The notes below the pieces were generated by a model that was not told the origin of the DNA, did not search any database, and was given only the letters and a program-made list of their open reading frames with translations. A program made the translations under genes and the position numbers. A DNA stretch of 60,980 nt from assembly GCA_045635565.1 (NCBI GenBank), contig JAZTVX010000077.1, positions 1-60,980 on the forward strand, read 5' to 3'. The stretch comes from Alphaproteobacteria bacterium (lineage in GTDB: Bacteria; Pseudomonadota; Alphaproteobacteria; CAAHEQ01; UBA3637). Of the stretch, positions 48,583 through 57,271 are shown in pieces. The first letter of the stretch is position 1. Each line of letters starts with the position of its first letter.

Positions 48583-48852
48583 GTTGTACCTCCTCATAAA
48601 TAAAGTTTAAAAAGTGGCTCATTTAATAGAACGTTTAAATCAACCACTTTTTTCATACTTTTGTATTTTTTGTATATTTTTAAAAAAGAATATGAAAAAT
48701 AAAGAAAATCTATCATTTCAAGAACTGTATAGACATTTTATTATCTTGAATAAAAGCAAGGTGACCACAAACGTTGGTTTGTGGTACAGCATAGATGTGT
48801 ACGTACATAATGATTCTTGTACATTTAATTTAATTTCTTATAAGGAGTAAAA

Positions 48853-50337
48853 ATGAAAAAATTATCATTTATGGCCGTTTTGGCAGTTTCAACAATATTA
48901 ATAGCTTGCAGTAGTGATAGTAGCGGAGGCGGAACTTCTTTTGTCTCTGGTAATGGAGGTGGTGGTTCTTCTATTCCTGTTACATCCTTACCTGATGGTT
49001 CAACGGTTCCAGAATCTGGGACAAGCATTCAAACGGTTAACAATTCACAACGCAGAACCGCAAATTATGAAAATGCTGTTGAATCCGTAAGTGGAACAGC
49101 AAGCGGTATAGCCGTATTAGCATCAGCACTATCTGCAGGTAATGCCACAGCTGAAGAAATTAACAATGCTTATAGCAATATGAATAAAATTTTGGTCAAT
49201 CAAGATTTTACGAATGCAACAAAAGAAGATATTTTATTGTCTTTAGCAATGGCCGGTGAAGATATTTCTGATTTAAAAGAAAAAACATTAGATGAATTAA
49301 AGGCAGAAGTTCAAAATTCAGATATTAAGTCAAAAGCAGAAGATGTTTATGCGAGATTAGGAACAGAACGTAATTTGTCTTTGAAAGATATTACATTCTA
49401 TGAGCCAGGAGATACCAATCGAGATGTTTATACATTTATTGTTGATACGAATGGTAATTTAACCGGATTTAAACAGGGTGATGAAGCTAATGCAACCAAC
49501 TTAAAATTTACTCGCACAGGAGATGGTATTTACAAAGCTAACGAAGGTTTAATAAAGTATGGTTTTGTTTACAAAGGAGAATATGGAACAACGTATGAAG
49601 AAGATGTCACCTTTTCTAAATCAACTCCGATTTCAGAAATAAGAGAGGCCTTGAAAAAAACAGCTCAAGCTGAATGGAGTGATAGTAGTGAATTAAATGC
49701 ATTATTGGCTTGGTTAGATACAGTAGATTTATCAAATCCTAAAGCTGATGACGAGGATTGTGATAATCAAAATACTTGTGTATATAAAAAGCATTCTGGA
49801 AATAATATAACTGCTCAACTTGATAGTGTAGGCAAAACAATTGCTTTAAAATACACTGATTTTGGTTCTATCAAATATGATGTAGACGGAGAAAAAGATG
49901 TTAATTTATTCTATGGTGGTTATGAAGCATTGTCTGCTAAAGCCTCTGATTTACCGCAAGTTGACACAGAAATGAATTTTGAAGGTAAAGCATTAGCCAA
50001 AGTTGAAACTGAAGTCGGTGATGACGATATTTCAAAATTGTATAATGGAACGGCTAATTTGACGTTTAAAGATGGTAAAGAAACATTAGTTGCTGATTTT
50101 ACCGATTGGCATAAAGTCACAATTGAAACAGATGGTTCAAAACCAAGTGGGTATGCTTTTACGTTTGATAAAACACCAACAGATACAAACTTGACAGTTC
50201 CATTTGGTGGACAGGAAGCCGTAGATATCAAATACTATGGTGAAAATCCTAAAAATCCAGATGAATTTGCCGGTTCTGCTTTTTACGAACAAGGTGACTT
50301 CAATGCCGAAATGGTATTTGGTGGAACACGGAAATAA
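48853..50337 (+). CDS. surface-lipoprotein candidate (TbpB/HpuA/fHbp-like C-terminal beta-barrel)
   Basis: Lipobox LIAC followed by a Gly/Ser-rich tether (SSDSSGGG...GNGGGGSS). C-terminus: NFEGKALA...GTANLTFKDGKETLVADF...IKYYGENPKNPDEFAGSAFY...AEMVFGGTRK, matching the SLP barrel pattern (F.G.A...G.A.L.vdF...FYG..a.E.aG.f...vFGa.k). Confidence 0.6.
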   Translation: MKKLSFMAVLAVSTILIACSSDSSGGGTSFVSGNGGGGSSIPVTSLPDGSTVPESGTSIQTVNNSQRRTANYENAVESVSGTASGIAVLASALSAGNATAEEINNAYSNMNKILVNQDFTNATKEDILLSLAMAGEDISDLKEKTLDELKAEVQNSDIKSKAEDVYARLGTERNLSLKDITFYEPGDTNRDVYTFIVDTNGNLTGFKQGDEANATNLKFTRTGDGIYKANEGLIKYGFVYKGEYGTTYEEDVTFSKSTPISEIREALKKTAQAEWSDSSELNALLAWLDTVDLSNPKADDEDCDNQNTCVYKKHSGNNITAQLDSVGKTIALKYTDFGSIKYDVDGEKDVNLFYGGYEALSAKASDLPQVDTEMNFEGKALAKVETEVGDDDISKLYNGTANLTFKDGKETLVADFTDWHKVTIETDGSKPSGYAFTFDKTPTDTNLTVPFGGQEAVDIKYYGENPKNPDEFAGSAFYEQGDFNAEMVFGGTRK

Positions 50338-50340
50338 TAA

Positions 50341-51702
50341 ATGTTATTACGTGTTTGTTTGACATTTATGATGTTGATCGGCTTGGGTGGAATAACTGCC
50401 CAAGCTTCAACATTAAACTCAGATGATAACAAAACAACCGTTGTCACAATGACACATGAGCAGACTTTAACTTTTGCTCAAGAGTTAGTTGAAAAAAATA
50501 AATTAGAGGATGCCAAAAAAGTTCTTCTCTTAAAACCGTTTCAACAAAAAGAATTAGAAATTGAACGTTTGTATTTGTTGGCTCAAATAGCAACAAAAGA
50601 AAATAAAATAGATAAAGCCATTGATATTTACTATTTTATTTTGGAACACCAACCAAACATTTCCAATATCCGCTTTCGATTAGCTGAGTTATACCTCATT
50701 CGCAAAGATTGGATACGGGCCGATTATCATTACAGATTGGCTTTGGCCGATAAAGAATTGCCTATTGTTATTCAAAATCGTATTAAGCAAGCACTTTATT
50801 ATATCAGACAAAATAAAAATTACAATTTTTGGTTTAATTTTGGTATAGCACCGGATAATAACGTCAATAATACAACATCCGGTGAACAGTGTATTATGAC
50901 TATGTTTGGTCCTATGTGTAATACATTAGATGACCCAGATAAAGATGTCGGTCTCAACATTACGGTTGGCGGCAATTATGAATTCAAATTGTCGGATAAT
51001 TGGCGTTTCAGAAATGAAGCATTGATTTATTCTTTAAAATATCAGGATAAAAAATATGATGATATTTATTTATCTTATGTTTTAGGACTTAAATACGTTT
51101 ATAAAAAAGGTGATGTGTTCTTTGGACCTACCTTTTCAAAAAGATTTTTAGGTCATAAATCATATAATTACACAACCGGTTTTATGATTGATACAGGATA
51201 TGATTTAACAAAGCAATTAAACGCACGTTTGTATTTGGCTTATACCCCAACACATTATGATGATTATGGTGATATTTTAGACGGAGATGTTAAAACAGCC
51301 CGTTTACGAATGTTTTATGCACTGGATTCATCAAAGTATTTGATATTCAAAACGGGTTATGAGTATGAAAAAACAAAAGATAAAACATATACAAATGACC
51401 GAGTTAATTTGGCTTTAGGCTTTGGGGCTGATATGCCTTGGGGGTTTCACATTTATGCAGAACCTTCAGTCTTATTTACTAATTACAAAGGAAAGCGTTG
51501 GACTGTAAAAGATTATGAATTTAAAGAAGTGAAAGAATGGGATATCACGCAACGTTATTCTGTCTCTTTATCAAACCGTAAAATTTCTTTATGGGGTTTA
51601 ATGCCAGTTTTAACCTATTCATATACAGATAAAAAATCAAATATTTGGCAACGAGAATATCAAAAATCACTTATTGAATTATCTATTCAAAAACGTTTTT
51701 AA
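50341..51702 (+). CDS. Slam-like outer-membrane protein (N-terminal TPR + DUF560 barrel; type XI secretion)
   Basis: Signal peptide, ~120-aa TPR-like region, then NYNFWFNFGIAPDNNVNNTT... and alternating beta-strand sequence ending in F. The gene starts 3 nt after the lipoprotein gene. Confidence 0.65.
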   Translation: MLLRVCLTFMMLIGLGGITAQASTLNSDDNKTTVVTMTHEQTLTFAQELVEKNKLEDAKKVLLLKPFQQKELEIERLYLLAQIATKENKIDKAIDIYYFILEHQPNISNIRFRLAELYLIRKDWIRADYHYRLALADKELPIVIQNRIKQALYYIRQNKNYNFWFNFGIAPDNNVNNTTSGEQCIMTMFGPMCNTLDDPDKDVGLNITVGGNYEFKLSDNWRFRNEALIYSLKYQDKKYDDIYLSYVLGLKYVYKKGDVFFGPTFSKRFLGHKSYNYTTGFMIDTGYDLTKQLNARLYLAYTPTHYDDYGDILDGDVKTARLRMFYALDSSKYLIFKTGYEYEKTKDKTYTNDRVNLALGFGADMPWGFHIYAEPSVLFTNYKGKRWTVKDYEFKEVKEWDITQRYSVSLSNRKISLWGLMPVLTYSYTDKKSNIWQREYQKSLIELSIQKRF

Positions 51703-51711
51703 TAATGAACT

Positions 51712-51745
51712 AACCTCGGTTTTGATAAAATCGAGGTTATTTTTT
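51712..51745 (+). terminator. 27-bp palindrome copy 2 with T-run (terminator of the Slam operon and/or recombination site)
   Basis: AACCTCGGTTTT-gat-AAAATCGAGGTT followed by ATTTTTT. Confidence 0.7.
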
Positions 51746-52020
51746 ACTTCCTGCCCCTAGGGGCATGTTTTGAAAATATCATAGTTATTGATGAAATTTT
51801 GTATTTCTAACCTTTGTATATGTGTAGGTAGAGGTTGAAATGAACAATTATACTAAATAAGCATAGCCTCTCATCGGCTCTCGCATGTAAAGGCTCTTGC
51901 AAAAAAACACTCCATTAACGATGTTGCATTTAATTTTGATGACTGGGATGTGCCGGTCGGGTTCCCGATGTCCTCTAGATGGCAGGTAGGGCTCCCGAGG
52001 TAGCCGTAGCAATAAGCGTG

Positions 52021-52485
52021 TTATAAGAACATCTTTTTCTCATCTAAACTCAGTCTGAATACATTCAACAATCTCTGGGATGAATTTTTGACATCCCGAC
52101 AAGGAAACATTGAAAACAAAGTCTTTTTTGAATTTTGAGTCCGTGTAAGGCTGAAAAAAAGGCTTTTTGAAAAACACTCTACACGGACCAGATTAAGTGA
52201 TTGTAAAACAAAGACTGCGCAAATAAAAAGTTGCCAGTGGCAAGTTTTTATGCGTAAAGCAATGAAACACAATGAATTCAAGTGGCAACGCAGAATGAAT
52301 TGATGTTGGAATTGGTCGCTATTTTGAGCGACTTATCTGTTTTGACTGGGCTGGCTGGATTGCTCGGGATAAATCCCTCGTCCTCATTCCATTCGGACCG
52401 TCCTAACGGACGTCTATTTCGCTATCGCTTCATGAACGAACCAACTATTCGTTGGCTCAAATCCTAACCAAACCAACCAATAAAA
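52021..52485. repeat. reiterated module copy R1 (tRNA-Gln flank + 100-bp insert + tRNA 3' relic + structured S segment)
   Basis: Aligns by eye with 58924-59390. Contains GACTGGGCTGGCTGGATT (52344-52361), 17/18 identical to the tRNA-Gln 3' end at 60911-60928. Confidence 0.85.
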
Positions 52486-52686
52486 TTTCTATAAAACAGA
52501 TTTTAATATTTTCATTAACAGATATCGATATCATTTAATTATTTGAGATTAAAAGTCATTTTAAACAAACGACTATTTATAAATTTTATTACAAGCAGTA
52601 AAAAAGAAAAAAACACGTTTTTTATTGACATTTATTTTTAATAATTTTACTATAAAACCATATTACGATGTATAGGAAAAATTTTA

Positions 52687-54432
52687 ATGAACTTATTAAA
52701 AATATCACTTCTTGTTTTTAGTTTTATATTGTTGTCCCATAGTTGTTTTTCAAATGATCTTGTTAACAATTTTTTAAAAGAAGAAAATTTGGAACACATG
52801 CTAAATGATTATAAAGTAAATTCTTTAAATTCAGAAGAATCCATTATTAAGAGATTAAACGATATTTTAACATCACCATTTAATGATAAATATAAAAAAG
52901 CAACTATAAAAGATTATTTAAGTTCCAAACAATCAATTGATTGGTATTTTTCTTATTCTCCCATGCATGCATCATATTATGATCCGCATGGATATCTTTT
53001 ATATTTAGACAATTTAAAAGAAAGAACCATGATTCAAAATTTTCAACTGTTGATGTTAAAGCATGTTTATCTGCCTGAATCGGTTGGAAATGATGCTTTT
53101 AATAAAGATGTAACGACAACCCATGAAAGTTTAAAAAATTATTTTGAAAGTCAAAATTTAGAAAAAGATTATCATTTAAGAATGATAAAGGAAAGTTATT
53201 ATAAAAAAATAGGAGTGGATTATTTTGCATGTTACACAAATTTTGACTGTTTTTTAGGTTTACTTCCTGAATGGTATGATTCTTCTAATGAGACCGTTTA
53301 TTTGCCCTGTGAATTAGCACAAAAATATGATAAGGTTGCATATTTACAAGACAAAGCATCCCCATTGAATTGTTTTTCTAAATTAACTTCAGATTGCCCA
53401 TTACATGAAAAATATCGATATCATCCAGATTTAGAAGACTATATAGCTCATGTTTTTTACGAGGGAATAGGTTACGTTGAATATTCTTATCAATGGTTAT
53501 TAGTAGCCCGAGCAGAATATGAATATTACACTAAAAAATATGTTCCAGATTTCAATATAGAAACACAACATGATTGGGGAAAATTTCCTCACAATGAATG
53601 GTCAATTCAATCTTATTATACATTCAAAAAATTTAATAAATTTATAAATTATGGTATTGGATATCAAAAGGCTCTTGAAATGCTAACAAATCATTATATT
53701 CATTACTTTAATGTTGAAAAAGAGAAAGCATATAATCGGGCTTTATATGTTTTAACTCTTTCCGTGTTTAAAAAGTCATGGCCTCCTATCCAGCCAGATA
53801 ACATAAAATATTTACTGTTAACTGGAGCTGATTGGGAAATGATAGAAAAAAAACATCCCAATATTCAAAATTATCATGATTTATTGAGATATAGTATCGA
53901 ATATCCCAAAAATTTGGAAAAACTTATTCAAATGGGAAAGAAAACAAAAAACTTTAATATTAATGTCGGTGATGAAGATTTGTCAAAAACAGCTCTTATG
54001 TGGGCCGCACAACATGGATATATTAAAAGTGTTAAATTATTAGTTGAAAATGGGGCTGATTTAAATCAACAGACTTCTGAAAATATTTGGTGTAACGGTA
54101 TTAACGCTTCTGTATCTAATTTGTGTGTACATAATAAAAAAAGAACAGCATTAATGTATGCGGCTCAAGAAGGGCATGAAGAAATTGTTCGATACTTAAT
54201 TGAAAAAGGAGCAGATAAAAACATAACAGATACTCGTGGAAAAACAGCTTATCATTATATGATAGGGGAAGCACCTTGGAAAAATCCTTATTATGAATCG
54301 ACAATTGGTGTTGGCATGACAACAAGTCGCTCTGCCAATGAACAAAAAACACTTTTTACTGATGAACAAATTAGAAAGTTGACCCCTCTTTTACTTCCAG
54401 ATCTTCCTTTGACTTCGGATAAAGAGTATTAA
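52687..54432 (+). CDS. secreted ankyrin-repeat protein
   Basis: Signal peptide MNLLKISLLVFSFILLSHSCFS. C-terminal ANK repeats (KTALMWAAQHGYIKSVKLLVENGADLN; RTALMYAAQEGHEEIVRYLIEKGADKN). Confidence 0.8.
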   Translation: MNLLKISLLVFSFILLSHSCFSNDLVNNFLKEENLEHMLNDYKVNSLNSEESIIKRLNDILTSPFNDKYKKATIKDYLSSKQSIDWYFSYSPMHASYYDPHGYLLYLDNLKERTMIQNFQLLMLKHVYLPESVGNDAFNKDVTTTHESLKNYFESQNLEKDYHLRMIKESYYKKIGVDYFACYTNFDCFLGLLPEWYDSSNETVYLPCELAQKYDKVAYLQDKASPLNCFSKLTSDCPLHEKYRYHPDLEDYIAHVFYEGIGYVEYSYQWLLVARAEYEYYTKKYVPDFNIETQHDWGKFPHNEWSIQSYYTFKKFNKFINYGIGYQKALEMLTNHYIHYFNVEKEKAYNRALYVLTLSVFKKSWPPIQPDNIKYLLLTGADWEMIEKKHPNIQNYHDLLRYSIEYPKNLEKLIQMGKKTKNFNINVGDEDLSKTALMWAAQHGYIKSVKLLVENGADLNQQTSENIWCNGINASVSNLCVHNKKRTALMYAAQEGHEEIVRYLIEKGADKNITDTRGKTAYHYMIGEAPWKNPYYESTIGVGMTTSRSANEQKTLFTDEQIRKLTPLLLPDLPLTSDKEY

Positions 54433-54485
54433 TTATCGTGAAGTTAGAATATCTATTGATAGAGTAGATTATAGATTGTAAATTG

Positions 54486-54665
54486 CGAGCAATTTATCCC
54501 TCATAAACTCGGGACCATCCTAATGGACGTCTATTTCACTGGGGCGTCATGAACGAACCAACTCTTGCCATTCGTTGGCTCAAATCCTAACCAAACCAAC
54601 CAATAAAAAAACCTCCACAAAGGAGGTTCTTTTTATTGGCTGGAGAAGTCTGGTAATACACGGAC
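54486..54665. repeat. module copy S2 (S segment + terminator hairpin + right end ...GGTAATACACGGAC)
   Basis: Aligns with 59270-59450. CCTCCACAAAGGAGG + TTCTTTTT hairpin. Confidence 0.8.
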
Positions 54666-54669
54666 TTTA

Positions 54670-55185
54670 TTATTTTACTTTCTGAATATATTTGGGGGGA
54701 ATAACGCCACCTTTGATAACGATAAGATAGTAACGAATAAAAGCAAAACGCCATCCCTTTTCATCATCTAAAATAGTGTAATCATTCGCTGTAAAATCAA
54801 TTTCAGTTAAATCAGAAATTTTATATAAGCCTTCATCATTTTTATTTTGAGGTTCTTTTTCCAACACGGAAGGACTTACATAAACGGCTTCTATCAACCC
54901 ATCTTTTTTAAGGGCGGAAATATCAATTTTAAATAAATCTGATGTTTCTATAAATTTTCTTATGCTAGGTGTATTTTGAGTGTGTTGCAGTGGTTCAATC
55001 AATAACCTAATTCCTCGGCTACGTCCGGCAAAGCAACTTTCCATCCACTTCACGATATCTGAATGTGTCGTTTTTCCTGAACGTTTTATATAGTAATTAA
55101 TATCTGCTTTTGGATTTTTAGCAAAAGACAGAATCCCTTCTGATAAAACATTATTCCTTTTTGCAACGTAATGGTAAAGATACAT
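54670..55185 (-). CDS. hypothetical protein (171 aa)
   Basis: ORF whose stop lies 4 nt from the module right end. The N-terminal MYLYHYV..N.LSEGIL vaguely recalls the start of ART/Tpt1/DarT-like folds. Unverified. Confidence 0.5.
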   Translation of the reverse strand: MYLYHYVAKRNNVLSEGILSFAKNPKADINYYIKRSGKTTHSDIVKWMESCFAGRSRGIRLLIEPLQHTQNTPSIRKFIETSDLFKIDISALKKDGLIEAVYVSPSVLEKEPQNKNDEGLYKISDLTEIDFTANDYTILDDEKGWRFAFIRYYLIVIKGGVIPPKYIQKVK

Positions 55186-55250
55186 ACTATTTCATCCTTT
55201 TTTGTTTTATGTTATAGTTAAACATTATAAAAATCAACTATAATTACCAT

Positions 55251-55464
55251 CTGCAATCTCTGGGATAAAATTTTGACATCCCAAGTCAGAAGCATTGAAA
55301 ACAAAGACTGCGCAAATAAAAAGTTGCCAGTGGCAAGTTTTTATGCGTAAAGCAATGAAACACAATGAATTCAAGAGGCAACGCAGAATGAATTGATGTT
55401 GGAATTGGTCGCTATTTCTAGCGACTTGTCTGTTTTGGCTGGAGAAGTCTGGTAATACACGGAC
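55251..55464. repeat. module copy R2 (short form)
   Basis: GGGAT...TTGACATCCC hairpin, 100-bp insert (55308-55407), GTCGCTATTTCTAGCGAC hairpin (55408-55425), then TTGGCTGG|AGAAGTCTGGTAATACACGGAC. Confidence 0.85.
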
Positions 55465-55572
55465 TCATTTTTTGTTAAAACTCCATCTAATACATTAAAA
55501 ATTGTTGATAAAATTTTTTATTTGATGTAGACTTCAAAAGTTAGCTATTTGCCATATTTGAGAAAGAAAAAA

Positions 55573-56247
55573 ATGAATGAATTAATTGGTTGTGGATTGT
55601 ACTCTATTCCAGAAGCTTCAAAATTAACAAAAGTTCCTAACACAACAATTTATCGCTGGATTAGAGGATACAAGTACCGTTCAGATAATACTATAAAAAA
55701 AGTAAAACCTTTGTGGACTAGAGATATTCCTGAATTTGATGGTGAAAATGCAATTAGTTTTTTGGATTTATTAGAAGTACGCTTTATAAATGCTTTTCGA
55801 AAAGCTGGTGTGAGTTGGAAGTTCATTAGAGAAGCTGCATTCAAAGCGCAAGAAGTTTTTAATACGACGCATCCATTTACTACCCAAAGATTTAGAACTG
55901 ATGGTAGGCATATATTTTCGAGTTTTTCAGAAAACAACAGCAAATTAACATTAGATTTAAATAATGCAAATTATGCCATGGAAAAAGTTATAGAACCATT
56001 TTTCAAAGATATAGAATTTGAAAGTAATCAAGCAGCAAGATGGTATCCTTACAAAAATAAAAAAATAGTGATTGATCCAGAACGAGCTTTTGGACGTCCG
56101 ATTTTAAAAGAATCTGGGATAGCAACAGATATACTGTATGCTGCTTTCAATACGGAGAAAGATGAAAAATTAGTTGCAGAATGGTATGACATCGACATTG
56201 CTTCCGTTAAATCAGCAGTGAATTATGAAAAAGGGTTGAGAACATGA
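55573..56247 (+). CDS. HTH + DUF433-like protein (putative antitoxin)
   Basis: LYSIPEASKLTKVPNTTIYRWIRG (HTH). The C-terminal ERAFGRPILKESGIATDILYAAF...VAEWYDIDIASVKSAVNYE matches the DUF433 pattern. ATG at 55573 preferred over TTG at 55549. Confidence 0.6.
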   Translation: MNELIGCGLYSIPEASKLTKVPNTTIYRWIRGYKYRSDNTIKKVKPLWTRDIPEFDGENAISFLDLLEVRFINAFRKAGVSWKFIREAAFKAQEVFNTTHPFTTQRFRTDGRHIFSSFSENNSKLTLDLNNANYAMEKVIEPFFKDIEFESNQAARWYPYKNKKIVIDPERAFGRPILKESGIATDILYAAFNTEKDEKLVAEWYDIDIASVKSAVNYEKGLRT

Positions 56248-56663
56248 ATTTTCTGTTTGATAATAATATATCACCTAAAATAGCTCATGCCGCACGGGAA
56301 CTTTTTCAAAATAACAAACATAAAATAATTCATTTAACTGATAAATTCACTGCAAACACTCAAGATGAAGTCTGGCTGAGGCAGTTAATAAAAGAAGGTA
56401 ATTGGGCATTAATCAGTATTGATCGTTTTCAAAAGAATGCTTTTGAAAAAGCTGCATTAGATGATCCTAATTTAATTTCGTTTATACTTAATAATAGTTG
56501 GTCAAAACTTCGATTTGTTGATCAATCATATAGATTAATAAGATGGATACCTCAAATTATTTCCACGGCCGAATCAAATTCATGTGGTGTTTTTGCTATT
56601 CCTATAAATTATGGATCTGGAAAACCTGAACGAATAGAAATAAAACATAAAAAGCACAAATAA
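56244..56663 (+). CDS. DUF5615/PIN-like protein (putative toxin)
   Basis: MNFLFDNNISPKIAHAAR... is the typical DUF5615 N-terminus. ATGA overlap with the upstream gene. Confidence 0.55.
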   Translation: MNFLFDNNISPKIAHAARELFQNNKHKIIHLTDKFTANTQDEVWLRQLIKEGNWALISIDRFQKNAFEKAALDDPNLISFILNNSWSKLRFVDQSYRLIRWIPQIISTAESNSCGVFAIPINYGSGKPERIEIKHKKHK

Positions 56664-56678
56664 TTTATCATATAATTT

Positions 56679-56945
56679 TTATACATCCAAGTTTTCGAAC
56701 ACATTAAGATTGTTAACTGCGATTTCAGGCCATTGTTTGTAATCTGGGCAAGAAAGCAGTTTGTCAAAGGGTTTATTTAGTTCGTACTCCAATGTTTTGC
56801 CGTTTAATTTGCAATCTTTTAACAGTAATTTTAACAATGCACTTTTTTGAGAAGTCGTCGCTATATCAAAAACATGTTTTAAATCACTTGCGATTGAAAC
56901 GATATTTATAATCTTATCCCGCTTATAAGAACATCTTTTCACATC
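56679..56945 (-). pseudogene. 3' remnant of a recombinase-like gene, copy 1
   Basis: ...KRCSYKRDKIINIVSIASDLKHVFDIATTSQKSALLKLLLKDCKLNGKTLEYELNKPFDKLL... The LL.L...NC.L.gK.L.y.L.KPFD tail recalls the C-termini of large serine recombinases (from memory, unverified). There is no 5' part. Confidence 0.45.
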
Positions 56946-57180
56946 AAATTTGAGTCTGAATACAGTAGCCTCTCTCAGGGATGATTTTTTGACATCCCAA
57001 GACAGAAGCATTGAAAACAAAGACTGCGTAAATAAAAAGTTGCCAGTGGCAAGTTTTTATGCGTAAAGCAATGAAACACAATGAATTCAAGTGGCAACGC
57101 AGAATGAATTGATATTGGAATTGGTCGCTATTTCTAGCGACTTATCTGTTTTGGCTGGAGAAGTCTAGTAATACACGGAC
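56922..57180. repeat. module copy R3 (short form)
   Basis: Same architecture as R2, with the 100-bp insert at 57024-57123. Confidence 0.85.
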
Positions 57181-57271
57181 TAAAAATATATAAGTATCTT
57201 TTTTTCTTGAAAATTTTGAATAACAATGATATTATACAACCAATTGTGATTAATAAAGGCATAGTTAAAGT

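Noticed and set aside
48770-48830. Fur box / invertase site upstream of the surface-lipoprotein gene (ACCACAAAC-GTTG-GTTTGTGGT hairpin, TGTACGTACA palindrome, ATAATGAT)
   Set aside because: The best Fur-box alignment is only about 10/19. The palindromes have no second copy that would define an invertible promoter segment.
52021-52467. Track ORFs 52021-52281 (-) and 52282-52467 (+) inside module R1
   Set aside because: They lie entirely in repeat DNA. Substitutions between module copies are scattered without any synonymous bias I can see. There is no RBS.
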